From the NCBI RefSeq assembly GCF_009914755.1, contig NC_060925.1: a stretch of 64,000 nt of DNA; one strand, written 5' to 3'. A program made the translations under genes and the position numbers. The notes under the pieces are model-generated. The model searched no databases, was not told the DNA's origin, and saw nothing but the letters and a program-made list of their open reading frames with translations. This DNA is from the human T2T-CHM13v2.0 reference genome, Homo sapiens. Shown here piece by piece: positions 44,573 through 57,066 of this stretch (within the stretch, counting starts at the first letter, position 1; the number at the start of each line of letters is the position of its first letter).

Positions 44573-45419
44573 ATAGTCATCACTATTCCTACCTTAGACA
44601 GGAGGAAACAGGCTCAAAGAGAACTGACCTGCTCAGGTAGCAGGAGGCTGACCTGGGCTTTGAGGAAGTTTCATTGACATGCAAGTGTATGCCTGGTTTA
44701 TTGTAAGTAGTGATTAATATTGGAATTATAATCATGAAATGTCTTTGGTTATATATTAAGATAAAGCACATACATAAATATATTGCTATTAAAAAAACAA
44801 GATTTTCAGTGAAAGAAAAATGAGACACAAATACTTTAAAAACTTAAGAAATAACTCTGCAATGTTAAATTTGAATTAGAAATGTCAATACAAACTTGAA
44901 TTAAAATACATACTCCTAGCACTGTTCACCAAAAGGACATAGAAACAATGAAACCCCAGTAGCTATGAGCACACCTAATATAGCTACTTACTATCTAGCT
45001 ATCTATTTATCCATTGATCTTTTAACCTATCTAGTGAGAGAATCAGAGAAGGCAAATACGGCAAAAGGTTAAGTTTTAGAATTATCCTTTTACATTTTTT
45101 GTTTGAGCATTTTCATGGTAAGTTGGAAAAAAATTTAAATCTTAGCATGTTCCTTTCTCTACCTCCACTCCCTCTCCCTTTCTCTGAGAACAGGAGAAGT
45201 CAAGGTACTGAGCACTTCAATGACTTAACTGAAAGTCAGCTGCAGACAAAAGACCTTTATCACTTCCACTTCAGTCAACCGTTGGTCCAAACCATAAGAG
45301 AGTCTTTAAGAAGACACACGTGCTTAGAAGTGCTTCATGTTAGAGTTGCCAGTTTCCTTTGTTCCTTCTGTATTCCCACGGCCTGCATCAATACATATTA
45401 GCCAGTATCTTTCTTTTTC

Positions 45420-45786
45420 TGTTTTATGTTATTTGTATATTTTTAAACTTAATTTAACTTTAAGTTCCAGGATACATGTGCAGGACATGCAGGTTTGTTG
45501 CATAGGTAAAAGTGTACCATGGTGGTACTTATCAACCCATCACCTAGGTATTAAGCCCACACGCATAGCTATATTTACCCTGATGTTCTCCCTCCCCCTG
45601 ATCCCCCAACAGGCCCCAGTGTGTGTTGTTCCCCTCCCTGTGTCCATGTGTTCTAATTGTTCAGCTCCCACTTATAAGTGAAAACATGTGGTATTTGGTT
45701 TTCTGTTCCTGTGTTAGTTTGCTGAGGATAACAGCTTCCAGCTCCATCCATGTCCTTGCAAAAGACATAATCTTGTTCCCCTTTAT
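45420..45786 (-). mobile_element. 5'-truncated primate L1 (L1PA10-ish) 3' end
   Basis: ttaagttccaggatacatgtgcaggacatgcaggtttgttgcatagg...ctcccacttataagtgaaaacatgtggtatttgg. TSD-like agccagta..tttct at 45400 and 45788. Confidence 0.9.
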
Positions 45787-45984
45787 CAGCCAGTACTTTT
45801 CTATTTTCAGCAACAACATTTTTCAAAGTTCAGGCTGAATAAGTATGGAAACAATTTGCACTCCTGACTCTCTGGGCCAGGGGTTGAGTGGGTCGGGGTG
45901 CAGATTCCCAAAATTGGAAGATTCTCCAAACATGCATAAGAATTCAAACTTTATTTTCACTACATTAAAAAAGGGGAGGTGTTG

Positions 45985-46200
45985 CTATGCATAGAGTTCC
46001 TGCTATATGCTAGGCATTGTGCTACGTACTCTACGTATATAATCCTCACTTCCACTCACCCATCAACCTTGCCTATTATTTCCCCTACTTTACTATGGAG
46101 GTACCTGAGACACAGAAGGGTTAAGTAACTTGCCCCGGGTCACACAGCCCATAAGGCAGACCTGGACTGCTGCCAGGTATGGCTGGCTCCAGACTCTAGG
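45985..46200 (-). mobile_element. MIR
   Basis: ctgagacacagaagggttaagtaacttgccccgggtcacacagc. Confidence 0.8.
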
Positions 46201-46963
46201 CAGCCTCTGTGCACTTGAATACAGTTTCAAATGTACTTTAATGGCCTATATTTTCATTCTTCTAAAATCCTTATTTTTATTTCTGTTTCGTTCTGCATGA
46301 AGAATCCTAATAACCATTGTGGGTGTTTAGTAATGTAACCAATGGTTTTAACATTTTAGCTCATGGTGTAAAATTATTATAGAAAGCAGGTAAATGAGTG
46401 CGCTTGAATGGAAATGAAACAGCATGTTTTGCCACAAGTCACTGCAGAAACGAGGTCATTATATTTAATAGAAAATGACTTTTTGTGTTGTACCCAGTCT
46501 GAAATTAACCTCTGCCTTGGTCACAATGATGTCTTGCATGCTAGACAGAAACTTACAAAAAAGTGAATTGACTAAAATGCAGCCAATGGAAAGGATGCTG
46601 CATTAGGAGTGAGACGACTGGGATTCCAAGTTCCGGTGTCTTCATTTGTAAAATGAGGTGGATAGCAGGTGGTGGTCGTGACAAACAATGACTTCTGAGG
46701 GTGCTGAGGTAAGGCATGATTTGGAGTAGACACAGGTCAGCATCTGAAACCCACATCTGATGTGTGCTACTTTCGTTAACTTGGACAAATCACCTAGCTT
46801 CTCTGAACCTTAGTGTCCTCATCTGTGAGTTCATTCAATTGAAGTACGAATTAAATGTGATTATGCTGGTAAAGTGCCTAGCGTTCCGCCTGGCACAAAG
46901 GTTGTTTAGTAAATGGGAGTTGCTCTCCAGCTCAAATATTCTGCTATCCAAATTGTTTGTCAT

Positions 46964-47420
46964 TGTTAAGTGTTGAATTATGCCCCCAACCCCCATTCAT
47001 ATATTGAAGTCCTAAACTCCAGTACTTCAGAAAGTGATCTTATTTAAAAACAGAGTCATTATAGAAGTATTTATTTAAGATGAGATCATACAGGGTGGCC
47101 CACTGATTCAATATGAATGGTGTCCTTATAAAAGAAGGAAATCTGGGCACAGACATGTATATGGAGAGAAGGCCATATACAGATGATGGCAGAGATCATG
47201 GTGATATGCCCAGAAGAAATGCCAAAGGCTGCCAGCAATCCACCAGAAGCTAGGGGACAGGCATGGACCAGTCTTCTGCACAGCCCTCAGAAAGAACAAT
47301 CCCTGCAGACACCTTGATCTGGGATGTCCAGGCTCTAAAACTATACAACAAAACATTTCTGTTGTTTCAGCTGTCCAGTTTGTGGTACTTTGGAGAAACA
47401 GCCCTTGGAAACTAAATACA
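46964..47420 (+). mobile_element. MLT1C-type MaLR solo LTR
   Basis: TG...CA ends. ttcatatattgaagtcctaaac...ggtgtccttataaaagaaggaaat...ccaccagaagctagg...aactaaataca. 5-bp TSD gtcat/gccat. Confidence 0.88.
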
Positions 47421-49557
47421 GCCATCTTCTTATTTTTATCTTCAGGTCCTTTTGTTTAAGGAGTTTGCCAAGATAAACTGTTGATGAGACAAGGGTTAAA
47501 AGAAACCAACATGAAATTAAATTCTACGTATTTCGTCTTTCTGCTCTCTCAGTGAGCCTTAATTTTTCAATCTGTAAAATGAAGGGGCAGGAATGATCCC
47601 TTCCAGCTCTGCTCTGCTTTTCAATGCAGAATAACAAACCTTTTTGTTTTTCTGTTACTGACAGAACTTGCTACTTAAATCAGAAACACAGAGTGTAGTG
47701 CAGTGCCATGCAATTTATAGCTGCATCTATCCAATTATTTCCCATTTAGTGCTGTGCAGCAGTCCCCAAATACACCACCAAACCACTGAGGTGGTGGGCT
47801 GAGCTCTCTGAGTACAAGGATCAATTGTTTCTCTTACACTAATTGGCCCCATGATTTGTTAGGCTGTTGCCTTGGAAAATGAACTGTCAGTAAAAGAAAT
47901 TAGCACCAAATCGCCCCCTTTTGTGAAAATGCACCAAACACCGTTCTGTAGCCATCTCCTTCAACTTACCTTAGGGTCTCAGCAGGCAAAATTGATGCAG
48001 ATTAATAAATTCTTACCCTCAGTTCTACCATTTGCCTGTTAGAGATGAGAAAACTGAGGTTCAGGGGGATTAAGCAACTTGTCTAATGTTTCATCAATGG
48101 TGAAATTCAGCACTGAGGCTGATGGCCAGTCTGATGCCAAGCTTCATGCCCGTTTTACTACATCAGGTCATCTCCTTAGGGCTGTGATCATCAAGCTCTG
48201 CCCAGCTGTCTGCCTTCTTGTCCCTCCTTCCTGGCATAGATTTTCATCTCTGTGCCAGACTTAGAGACAACTGCGCCCAAGTGAGGGCAGATGTGAAGAA
48301 GCTAGGCTGTCTGCATCAAATACCTAGGCATTCTGCATCAAATACTGCCCGCTACTGGCCCAGCTCTGATGTGCCCCCAGGACTCAATTCTAGTAATGGG
48401 GCATCTGCCTTGATCCAGAAACACTGTGCTAGGTGCTGGGGGTGCAAAGCACTGGCAAGGCCCTTGCCTCCGAGGAGCTCACACTCTACAGCAGAGAAGG
48501 GAGGTCAGGTGTCTTTGTTAATGTTTTCAAAGAAACCATTCCTTTTCTTCCTAACACAAACCACAGTCTAATGATCCCTTCATGTGTATAATTACCTGGC
48601 TAATATCTGCTGCCTCTACGAGACACAGGAAAGTGCTCCCATGTTCGTTTTTGGCTCACCATCACATCCCCAGCTCCTCGCACACTGTATGACACTTGGG
48701 GGCGGGGGGTGGCAGAGTTCAGTAATGATTCACGGAGTGAATAAGTGAATATTGTGTTTATGCAATAGTAAAGGCATAGCCAGGGTAAGCATGGAGGTCT
48801 GAAGTGACTAGATTAGTAGGAACTGACTAGATAAAAATTAGTGAGTGTGGGAGCGGTGGGGATCAAGATGTTCTATCCAGAAGGATAGCAATGACTTGCA
48901 GAGCTATAAAACAGCATGTTATATAGGCAACTGCAATCAGTATGGGATTATTAGGCAATAAAATGCTGGGCAGTGAGTGACAGTCTTTGAAGGTGACAAG
49001 ACAGGCAGGGGTCAGGGGATGCAGAATTTTGAAGGCCAGTTTAAAAAACTGGAGTGGTTGAAATTGTCAGCTCCTTTCTAATTGACCCTGCTGTTAATCT
49101 TTGCTGCAGTTAAGCCTTCCCACATGCTGCAAATAGAGTCCTTCTTCAGGTTCGAGGACAGAGAGTTGAGCTGTCCCTCCCAGCTGGGTGCCCGTCGATG
49201 GAAGCCATATCCTAGGGCTCTCTCTAACACAGTGTGCCAAGGGATGCTCAGCTGAAGCATCGGGGAGGTTGGTTCATAGGCGAACAGATGGTTACAAATA
49301 AACCTGGCTCTCCCTGCTGGAGGAGAGGGTCTGAGGGCCCTGGCCAGGCTGCAGCTGGACTTGAGCAACTGTTCTTTTTCTCTGGGTTATAAAAGAAGCA
49401 GACTCTCTGGTCTGGGGACAGTTTGGCAAAGTGTTTGTGAGCCGAAGATAAATCCTGCCTCCCCTCACTGCCTAATCCCTACTTCCTGGTCTACAGTCCG
49501 TGACCCACAGAAATTCATTCAAAGTTCTTTAGTAACAGGTGACAGGGGTTCTGTCTT

Positions 49558-49560
<3 letters not shown>

Positions 49561-49604
<44 letters not shown>
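49561..49604. repeat. (CA)22 perfect microsatellite
   Basis: Seen directly. Confidence 0.97.
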
Positions 49605-49606
<2 letters not shown>

Positions 49607-50870
49607 AAAAAAACCTGAATGGCGGGGGGAGGGGGTCAGGGGGTGGTGACAGTGGTGATGGCAATGAGCCTCTTTGTTTAATTAGCTGCACTGGCAGTTT
49701 TTGGAGACAACTGGATGTGTTTTCCTAACTAATAGCATAAGGCTTTATAACACCTGACGGTGAAATTGATGAGTGAGCACGTGTGTCAGTGTTGAATGGG
49801 TCTGGGTCATTCCTTGGCTCTGCTACTTTCTTCTCCACTGTATTATTACCTTGGGGAAGTCAAAGATCTGTGGTGTCCATCGATGTCCCCATTTGTGGGA
49901 TACTGTTTCAGAGCACCACCTTGAAGGCTGCAAGGTAAGCTTGGGTGTTTGGCAGAGGTAAGTGACTGAGAGGGATCTGAGAGGGCCAGCAAGAACCCTG
50001 GGCACAGAGCTATGTAACCTGGATGTTTCATCCATTGTCCTTTCAGTAAACAACCCATGAAAGCTTGCTGTGGGTTGCATGCCAGAAAGGCACAGGGCAT
50101 AGAAAACACATGTGACCAGTAGCAGTCCCTACCCTCCAGAGACACACGACCTGCAGGAGACAGCCAGGTGCATGGGCAACTGTAATAGGGCATGGCAAGT
50201 TCTCAGAGAGATGGAGATGCAGAGCCTGGGCTGGGGGATCACGTAATCAGGGCAAGTTAGCCTCACTGGGGCAGGATGCCGGGAGGAGAAAACGTTCGGG
50301 CTAATTCACAAGAAATAAGGAGTCACCAAGGGAGAAGGGGAGAGAAGTACACTGTAAGGCACAGACAGCAGTGGGTGCAAATGCCAGGGCAGAAGGAGGC
50401 AGCTCCAGAAAATTCTGAAGGGTTCTAGACGTGGGTGTTGAGAGGGTGTTTGTCTGAGGTCATCTGTAGGGCCCTTCCATATGACTTTCCAGAGCAACCT
50501 CTCTCTGCAATCGGAAGGAGAGTTGGGACTGAGCCCAAATGTGGAAGCCTGTGCCTGTCATTTTGAAAACTCTGTTGAGGTTTCAGGGTTGAGCCACTGA
50601 AGGACTGGCATTGGAACTCCTGAAAGGGTTTCCATCTCCAGTTGGATTAGCTGCCTCTGTTCTGTGCTCCCTGAGCCTCTTTTTCTCTGCTTTCCCTTTG
50701 CTCAGAAGACTTGCTATTCTGATTTGCAATGACTCATTATCTAGCCACCTATCTTTAACCTGTCCGGGCTTCCACTGATGAATCTGTGCAAGAATGTCAG
50801 TGGCTAGCCTACTTGGCAGAGCTGGTGCAGGGATCATAATAGACCAGCAATGGAAAGTAGGATGCGCTGT

Positions 50871-51746
<876 letters not shown>

Positions 51747-51869
51747 CCACACAGGCGATAATCATCTCCACCTATAGCTTGAGATGCAGGCCCCGGCTTT
51801 AAGTGCCTTACACATTCTTTTACTAATTGTCACCCTGGCATGTGAGGCAGTCTGGCTAGAGGACCGGAA

Positions 51870-52112
51870 CGGTGAAGCACAATGGTTAAGGGCACAGACC
51901 CTGGAGCCAGAGGTCAAACGCTGGCCTTTCACTCACAAGCAATGTACACCTGGGCTAAACACCTATGCTTTTTGTGACTTTCCTTTCTCACCTGTATAAT
52001 GGGAATAACTGTTTCCAACTTATAGAACTGTTATGAGAATTATATGAAATTACACGTGACTTGCTTAGCATCGTGTCCAGAATACAGAAAGTGCTTAATA
52101 AATGTTATATTG
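51870..52112 (+). mobile_element. MIR
   Basis: aatggttaagggcacagaccctggagccaga...ctgtataatgggaataac...gtgcttaataaatgtta. Confidence 0.75.
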
Positions 52113-52233
52113 TTATTTCAAACTATTCAAAGTGTATCCCATGAGGGAATAACTTCTCTGTTTATGTACAATATACCCCCTTACCTAGAACGTATCCTGG
52201 TACAAAGTTAATGCTTAGTAAGTGTTTGTGGAA

Positions 52234-52684
52234 TGTATTAGGCCATTCTTGCATTGCTATAAAGAAATACCTGAGACTGGGTAATTTATAACAAAAAGAT
52301 ACGTAATTGGCTCACTGTTCTTCGGGCTGTACAAGCAGGGTGCCAGCATCTGCTCAGCAAATTTCCAGAGCAACCCCTTATTGCAAAACAAAAGGGAGAT
52401 GGGCCAGGGAGCTTTTACTCATGGCGGAAGGTGAAGCAGGACCAGGCATATCAGATGGCCAGAGCAGGGGCATGAGAGAGTGAGGTGGGGGTGAGGGATG
52501 GGGGAGCTGCCACATACTTAAACAACCAGATCTTGCAAGAAATTACTTACTATCACAAGGACAGCACTAAGCCATGCGGGATCCGTCCCCGTGACCCAAA
52601 CACCTCCCACCAGGCCCCACCTCCAACATTGGGGGTTACATCTTAACATGAGATTTGATGGGGACATATATTCAAGACATATCA
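52234..52684 (-). mobile_element. MSTA-type MaLR solo LTR (sense to DAB1) with a ~45-bp non-consensus insert
   Basis: tgtattaggccattcttgcattgctataaagaaatacctgagactgggtaatttata...acacctcccaccaggccccacctccaacattggg...atatca. Confidence 0.9.
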
Positions 52685-52872
52685 TTGAGTAAATGATTTG
52701 ATGTAAGAAATATTGATCTCTGCTCTATTTCTACAGGCTTTACAGTCTTGTCCCAGAACTGTACTGTGACTGCTGGTTTGTGAACACACAAGAGCATTTG
52801 TGGCCCCCTTGACTATACCTACACACAATATATAATTGCATATTTTATAATACGAGGCAGATAAGAATGTGA

Positions 52873-53002
52873 CTGAGTGAGTCCTTGTGACACAGCCGAC
52901 ACCCAGCATGGGGCAACAAGGGGATGTGGCCAGAAGAAACCTTCACAGCTCTGGGCTCAAGTGAGCAGAGGCAAAACTTGGCTTGAAACTGCTGCAATGC
53001 AT
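52873..53002 (+). repeat. 130-bp inverted repeat, source arm (partner 53956-54085)
   Basis: Reverse complement match with 6 mismatches. Also visible as twin ORFs MSPCDTADTQHGATRG... at 52877(+) and 54081(-). Confidence 0.96.
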
Positions 53003-53678
53003 TCTTTCTTTGTGTATCAGAATGCAATGAGGGACAAAGTGATAGGAGTTGTCAAGTTTTGAAATGAATAATAGGAAGTCTTCAGAGTGAAGCTTATAAA
53101 AGAGATGTGCTAAAAATACAGCTGGCTCCAAGAGCATCTGGGAAGCAGAAGGATTAGCGAGGAGCCCTTAATTGCAGCAGAACAAAGACCCCTGCTGAAG
53201 GGAATGTTTCTTTCACCAGTTGCACCTGCAAGCAGGTAAGCACAAGGATGAAAATCCAGGGTATCTAGTCTCAATGTCTTCTCCCCACTTCAGGAAATTA
53301 ATCCGCAAAAGTAGGCATCTAGCAATTTCCTATCATTTGGATACAATGGGGAATATCAAGGGGCTCAGCCAGTTGGGGGAGAGGGAGCCAGCGTTTCTAA
53401 AGTGCCCCCTACCTGTCTGATGCTTTTCTTATAGGTTCAAATTTAATTCTCATTACAAGCCAGTGAGAAAGGTTTATTATCACTTATTTGCCAGAGAAAG
53501 ACACTGAGGTTCAAACAAGTGAGGTTGCAGGCCCAAGTTCAAACCTCTAGAATACAAAACTCCCAGGGCTAGATCCGAATTCCTATCTCCTAGCTATTCC
53601 CAAATCCAAGAGATGACAATATATTGCTTATTATACATTTCCTTTAAGTGTCCTCTAATTGAAGTATGTCTTCTAAAA

Positions 53679-54149
53679 CAGAGGTCCCCAACCCCCGGAC
53701 CGTGGCCAGGTACCAATCTGTGGCCTGTTAGAAACCAGGCTGCATAGCATGAGGTGAGTGAGCAGTACCGCCTGAGCTCTACCTCCTATCAGATCAGTAG
53801 CAGCATTAGAGTCTCATAGGAGCGCGAACCCTATTGTGAACTGCGTGCCAGAGATCTACGTTGCACACTCCTTACGAGAATCTAATGCTTGATGATCTAA
53901 GGTGGAACAGTTTTATCCTGAAACTATCCCTCACCCCGCCCCACCCCAAACTGCTATGCATTATAGCAGTTTCAAGCCAAGTTTTGCCTCTGCTTACTTG
54001 AGCCCAGAGCTGTGAGGGTTTCTTCTTGCCACATCCCCTTGTTGCCCCATGCTGGGTGTCTGCTGTGTCACAAGGACTCACTCAGGGTGAGTGGAAAAAC
54101 TGTTTTCCATGAAACTGGTCTCTGGTGTCAAAAAGATTAGGGACTGCTA
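53679..54149 (+). mobile_element. MER1B (hAT-Charlie) carrying an inverted insertion
   Basis: cagaggtccccaacccc...ctcataggagcgcgaaccctattgtgaactgcg...gtggaaaaactgttttccatgaaactggtctctggtgtcaaaaag. Perfect 8-bp TSD ttctaaaa (53671-53678, 54150-54157). Confidence 0.92.
53956..54085 (-). repeat. 130-bp inverted repeat, inserted arm
   Basis: Reverse complement of 52873-53002. Interrupts MER1B at its C-rich tract. Confidence 0.96.
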
Positions 54150-54522
54150 TTCTAAAATATTGATAAATTGTCTCTACATCCATCCATCCAGCCTTTCCTG
54201 TTTTGATTTAAAAAAAAATACTTCCCATTGCTTCTGTAGACCCACAGAATATAAGACAAGTATCTCATTGTATCATTCAAGGTTCTTTGGAATCTAACAG
54301 TTAACAACCACATCGTAGTTTTATTTTAAAGCTCTATGTAATTTATTTATTTCATTCATTATCTCATTTTGTTATCCTTATAATAAAATGAAGAAGGTAT
54401 TTAGCTCAGAGAGACTAAGTAATCAGCCCAAAGTCACATCTAGGAAGCAGAAGATTAGATATCAGCACCCTTGAATGCCTTCTGATTCAGAAGTTCATGC
54501 TTTTTCTATATCATCTTGATAG

Positions 54523-54750
54523 AAGCAGCAAGTGCAGAGGTTAAGAACATGGACACTGGAACCAGACTGCCTGGGGGCCCTGCCACTTACCAGCTATGTG
54601 ACCTTTGCTAAAGATTTATCTTTTCTGTGCCTCTGTTTGCTTATCTGTAAAACATGGATAACCACAGTACCAACATTATGGTGTTGTGATGATTCAATAG
54701 CTTATACTATTCAATACACTTGAAACAGTTCCTGGCACCTAATAAATGTT
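54523..54750 (+). mobile_element. MIR
   Basis: ggttaagaacatggacactggaaccagactgcctggg...cacttaccagctatgtgacctt...atctgtaaaacatggataa...cctggcacctaataaatgtt. Confidence 0.82.
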
Positions 54751-55213
54751 ACCTAAGTGTGTGGTTTTTGTTTGTTTTGGTTTTTGTTTCTTTTTGAATA
54801 TGTACCTTCTCCTACAGTTGAGAGCACTCCGTAACTGGCCCAACTCCATCCAGTTAAGAAGTGGGAGAGTAAGGATTTGAATCCAGGTCTGTCTGACTCT
54901 TTCAGATGCATCATTGACTCTCTCTTGCATTTCATCTCTCTTTGGCACATGGGATTAGATGCAGAAAAGGACCTGAATGAAGTCTCTCTGTCCTGGCCTA
55001 GAATAAGAAAGTGCAGCTCCTGGGTAAACCATGCCATTAGAAAGACACCCTACCTACCCCTTAGGGGGACATTGGTTCTCACCATTGTATATACGTATTT
55101 GCTCATTCAACAAAATCATTTATTGACTACTTCCTGCGTTTCAAGCACCATACTGGACCCTAGAGGTACAGTGCTGAAATAGACATGGCGCCTGCTCCTT
55201 TTAAGATTATGGT

Positions 55214-55574
55214 TGATATTGTTTGGCTGTGTCCCCATCCAAATCTCATCTCCAATTGTAATCCCCATAAATCCCCATGTGTTGAGGGAGGGACCTGGTA
55301 GGAAGTGATTGGATCATGGGGGTGGTTATCCCCCATGCTGTTCTCATGATAGTGAGTGAGTTCTCATGAGATCTCATGGTTTTATAAATGGCAGTTTACC
55401 CCTGGGTTTCTCTCTTTCCTGCCACCTTGGGAAGACGGTACTTGCTTCTTCTTAGCCTTCTGCCACAATTTTAAGTTTCCTGAGGCCTCCCCAATCATGT
55501 GAAACTGTGAATCAATGAAACCTCCTTCTTTATAAATTACCCAGTCTTAATAGCAGTGTGATAATGAACAAACA
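55214..55574 (+). mobile_element. THE1 (THE1D/C-like) MaLR solo LTR inserted in an L2
   Basis: tgatattgtttggctgtgtccccatccaaatctcatc...catgctgttctcatgatagtgagtgagttctcatgagatc...ataaattacccagtc. TSD atggt/gtggt. Confidence 0.9.
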
Positions 55575-56748
55575 GTGGTCTGGCGGGGGAGGGGGGTGGG
55601 GGGGCATGCCTGAGCAATAACAACATGGTGTGCCAGGTGCCCTGAGAGGGGAAGTGCAGGGTGACGGGGGAAGCCATGGGAGAAGTCTCTGACAGTTATA
55701 AGGGTGAGGGTAAGTCCAAGTACCTATATTCTGAGAAGATGTAGACACATTTAAAAGCTATAAAACTTAGTTTCTTATCCTTAAAGAATAAAAATAATTA
55801 AAAAATTAAAAATCCTTTCCAGGCCTTCCTTTTCTAGGCAAAAAATGTAGTCCATTTCTTGATCAGGAAAGGTGTGATTGAGAAGGCGATGGAAGAGGGG
55901 TCTTTACTCATGTCATTCCCAGAAGAAAAGGAAAAGCAAGTACAGGGCCTGATAAGATAATGCAAAGACCCAGATAGACCTAGGCTCAAAGAGCAACTGT
56001 ACTGTTCCATAGCTGCACACTTGCCAGTCCAGAGTAGAGCTGGTCCTAGGTTCTGCAAAAGGTCAGGATGACACACTGGACCTGGGTTCTGGTGGGGTTT
56101 CAGGCAGAGGCAGGTGGCTGCTCGTCACCTCCGTCTTTGCATCACAGAGGTATGTCCAAGGTTAAAAATCTGGCACCTTGTGGAGTGGAAAAAGGTCCCC
56201 TGGTCAGAGAGTGATACCCTGTTGGCTCTGAGCCTTCTCAGCACCAGAAATAACACATCACCATATAAGGCAATAATTCTAGTACTCAGTGAGCCCAGTT
56301 CCAGGCTAATGCCTGAGATCCAGGCCTTGAAAATCATCTTCCACCAGCAATGGAGTAATCTCTACTTATCTACCCTGCAATGTGAGGTCGCAAAGCCTTA
56401 GTTTCTTCATCTAAAAAAAAAATGGGAATAATAACATACAATTTCCTTACCATCACTCTGCATAATAATAATTGCAGAGTGACTGTGAAGAATAAAATGG
56501 ATATTGCATGTAAAATATATAGGCTTATAATAAGCTTCCAATAAATGGTGATGGTGTGTGAATTCCAGTCTGCAAATAACCATATGACTGTGGGCACTAC
56601 TTTCACTCCTAGAATCCTCAGTTTCAGGCTGGTAAAATGGGAATAGTAAACTACACATCATAAAGTTGTGAGTTAAATGACCTCTGTACGTATCTAGAAG
56701 AGGGCCTAGTAAGTCAGATGAGCTCAAGTGTTTAAGAGTCTTAGAGTT

Positions 56749-57066
<318 letters not shown>

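Noticed and set aside
52877-54081. Twin ORFs MSPCDTADTQHGATRG... on opposite strands as a duplicated small gene or toxin-antitoxin-like pair
   Set aside because: They have non-ATG starts, are short, and are fully explained by the 130-bp inverted DNA duplication.
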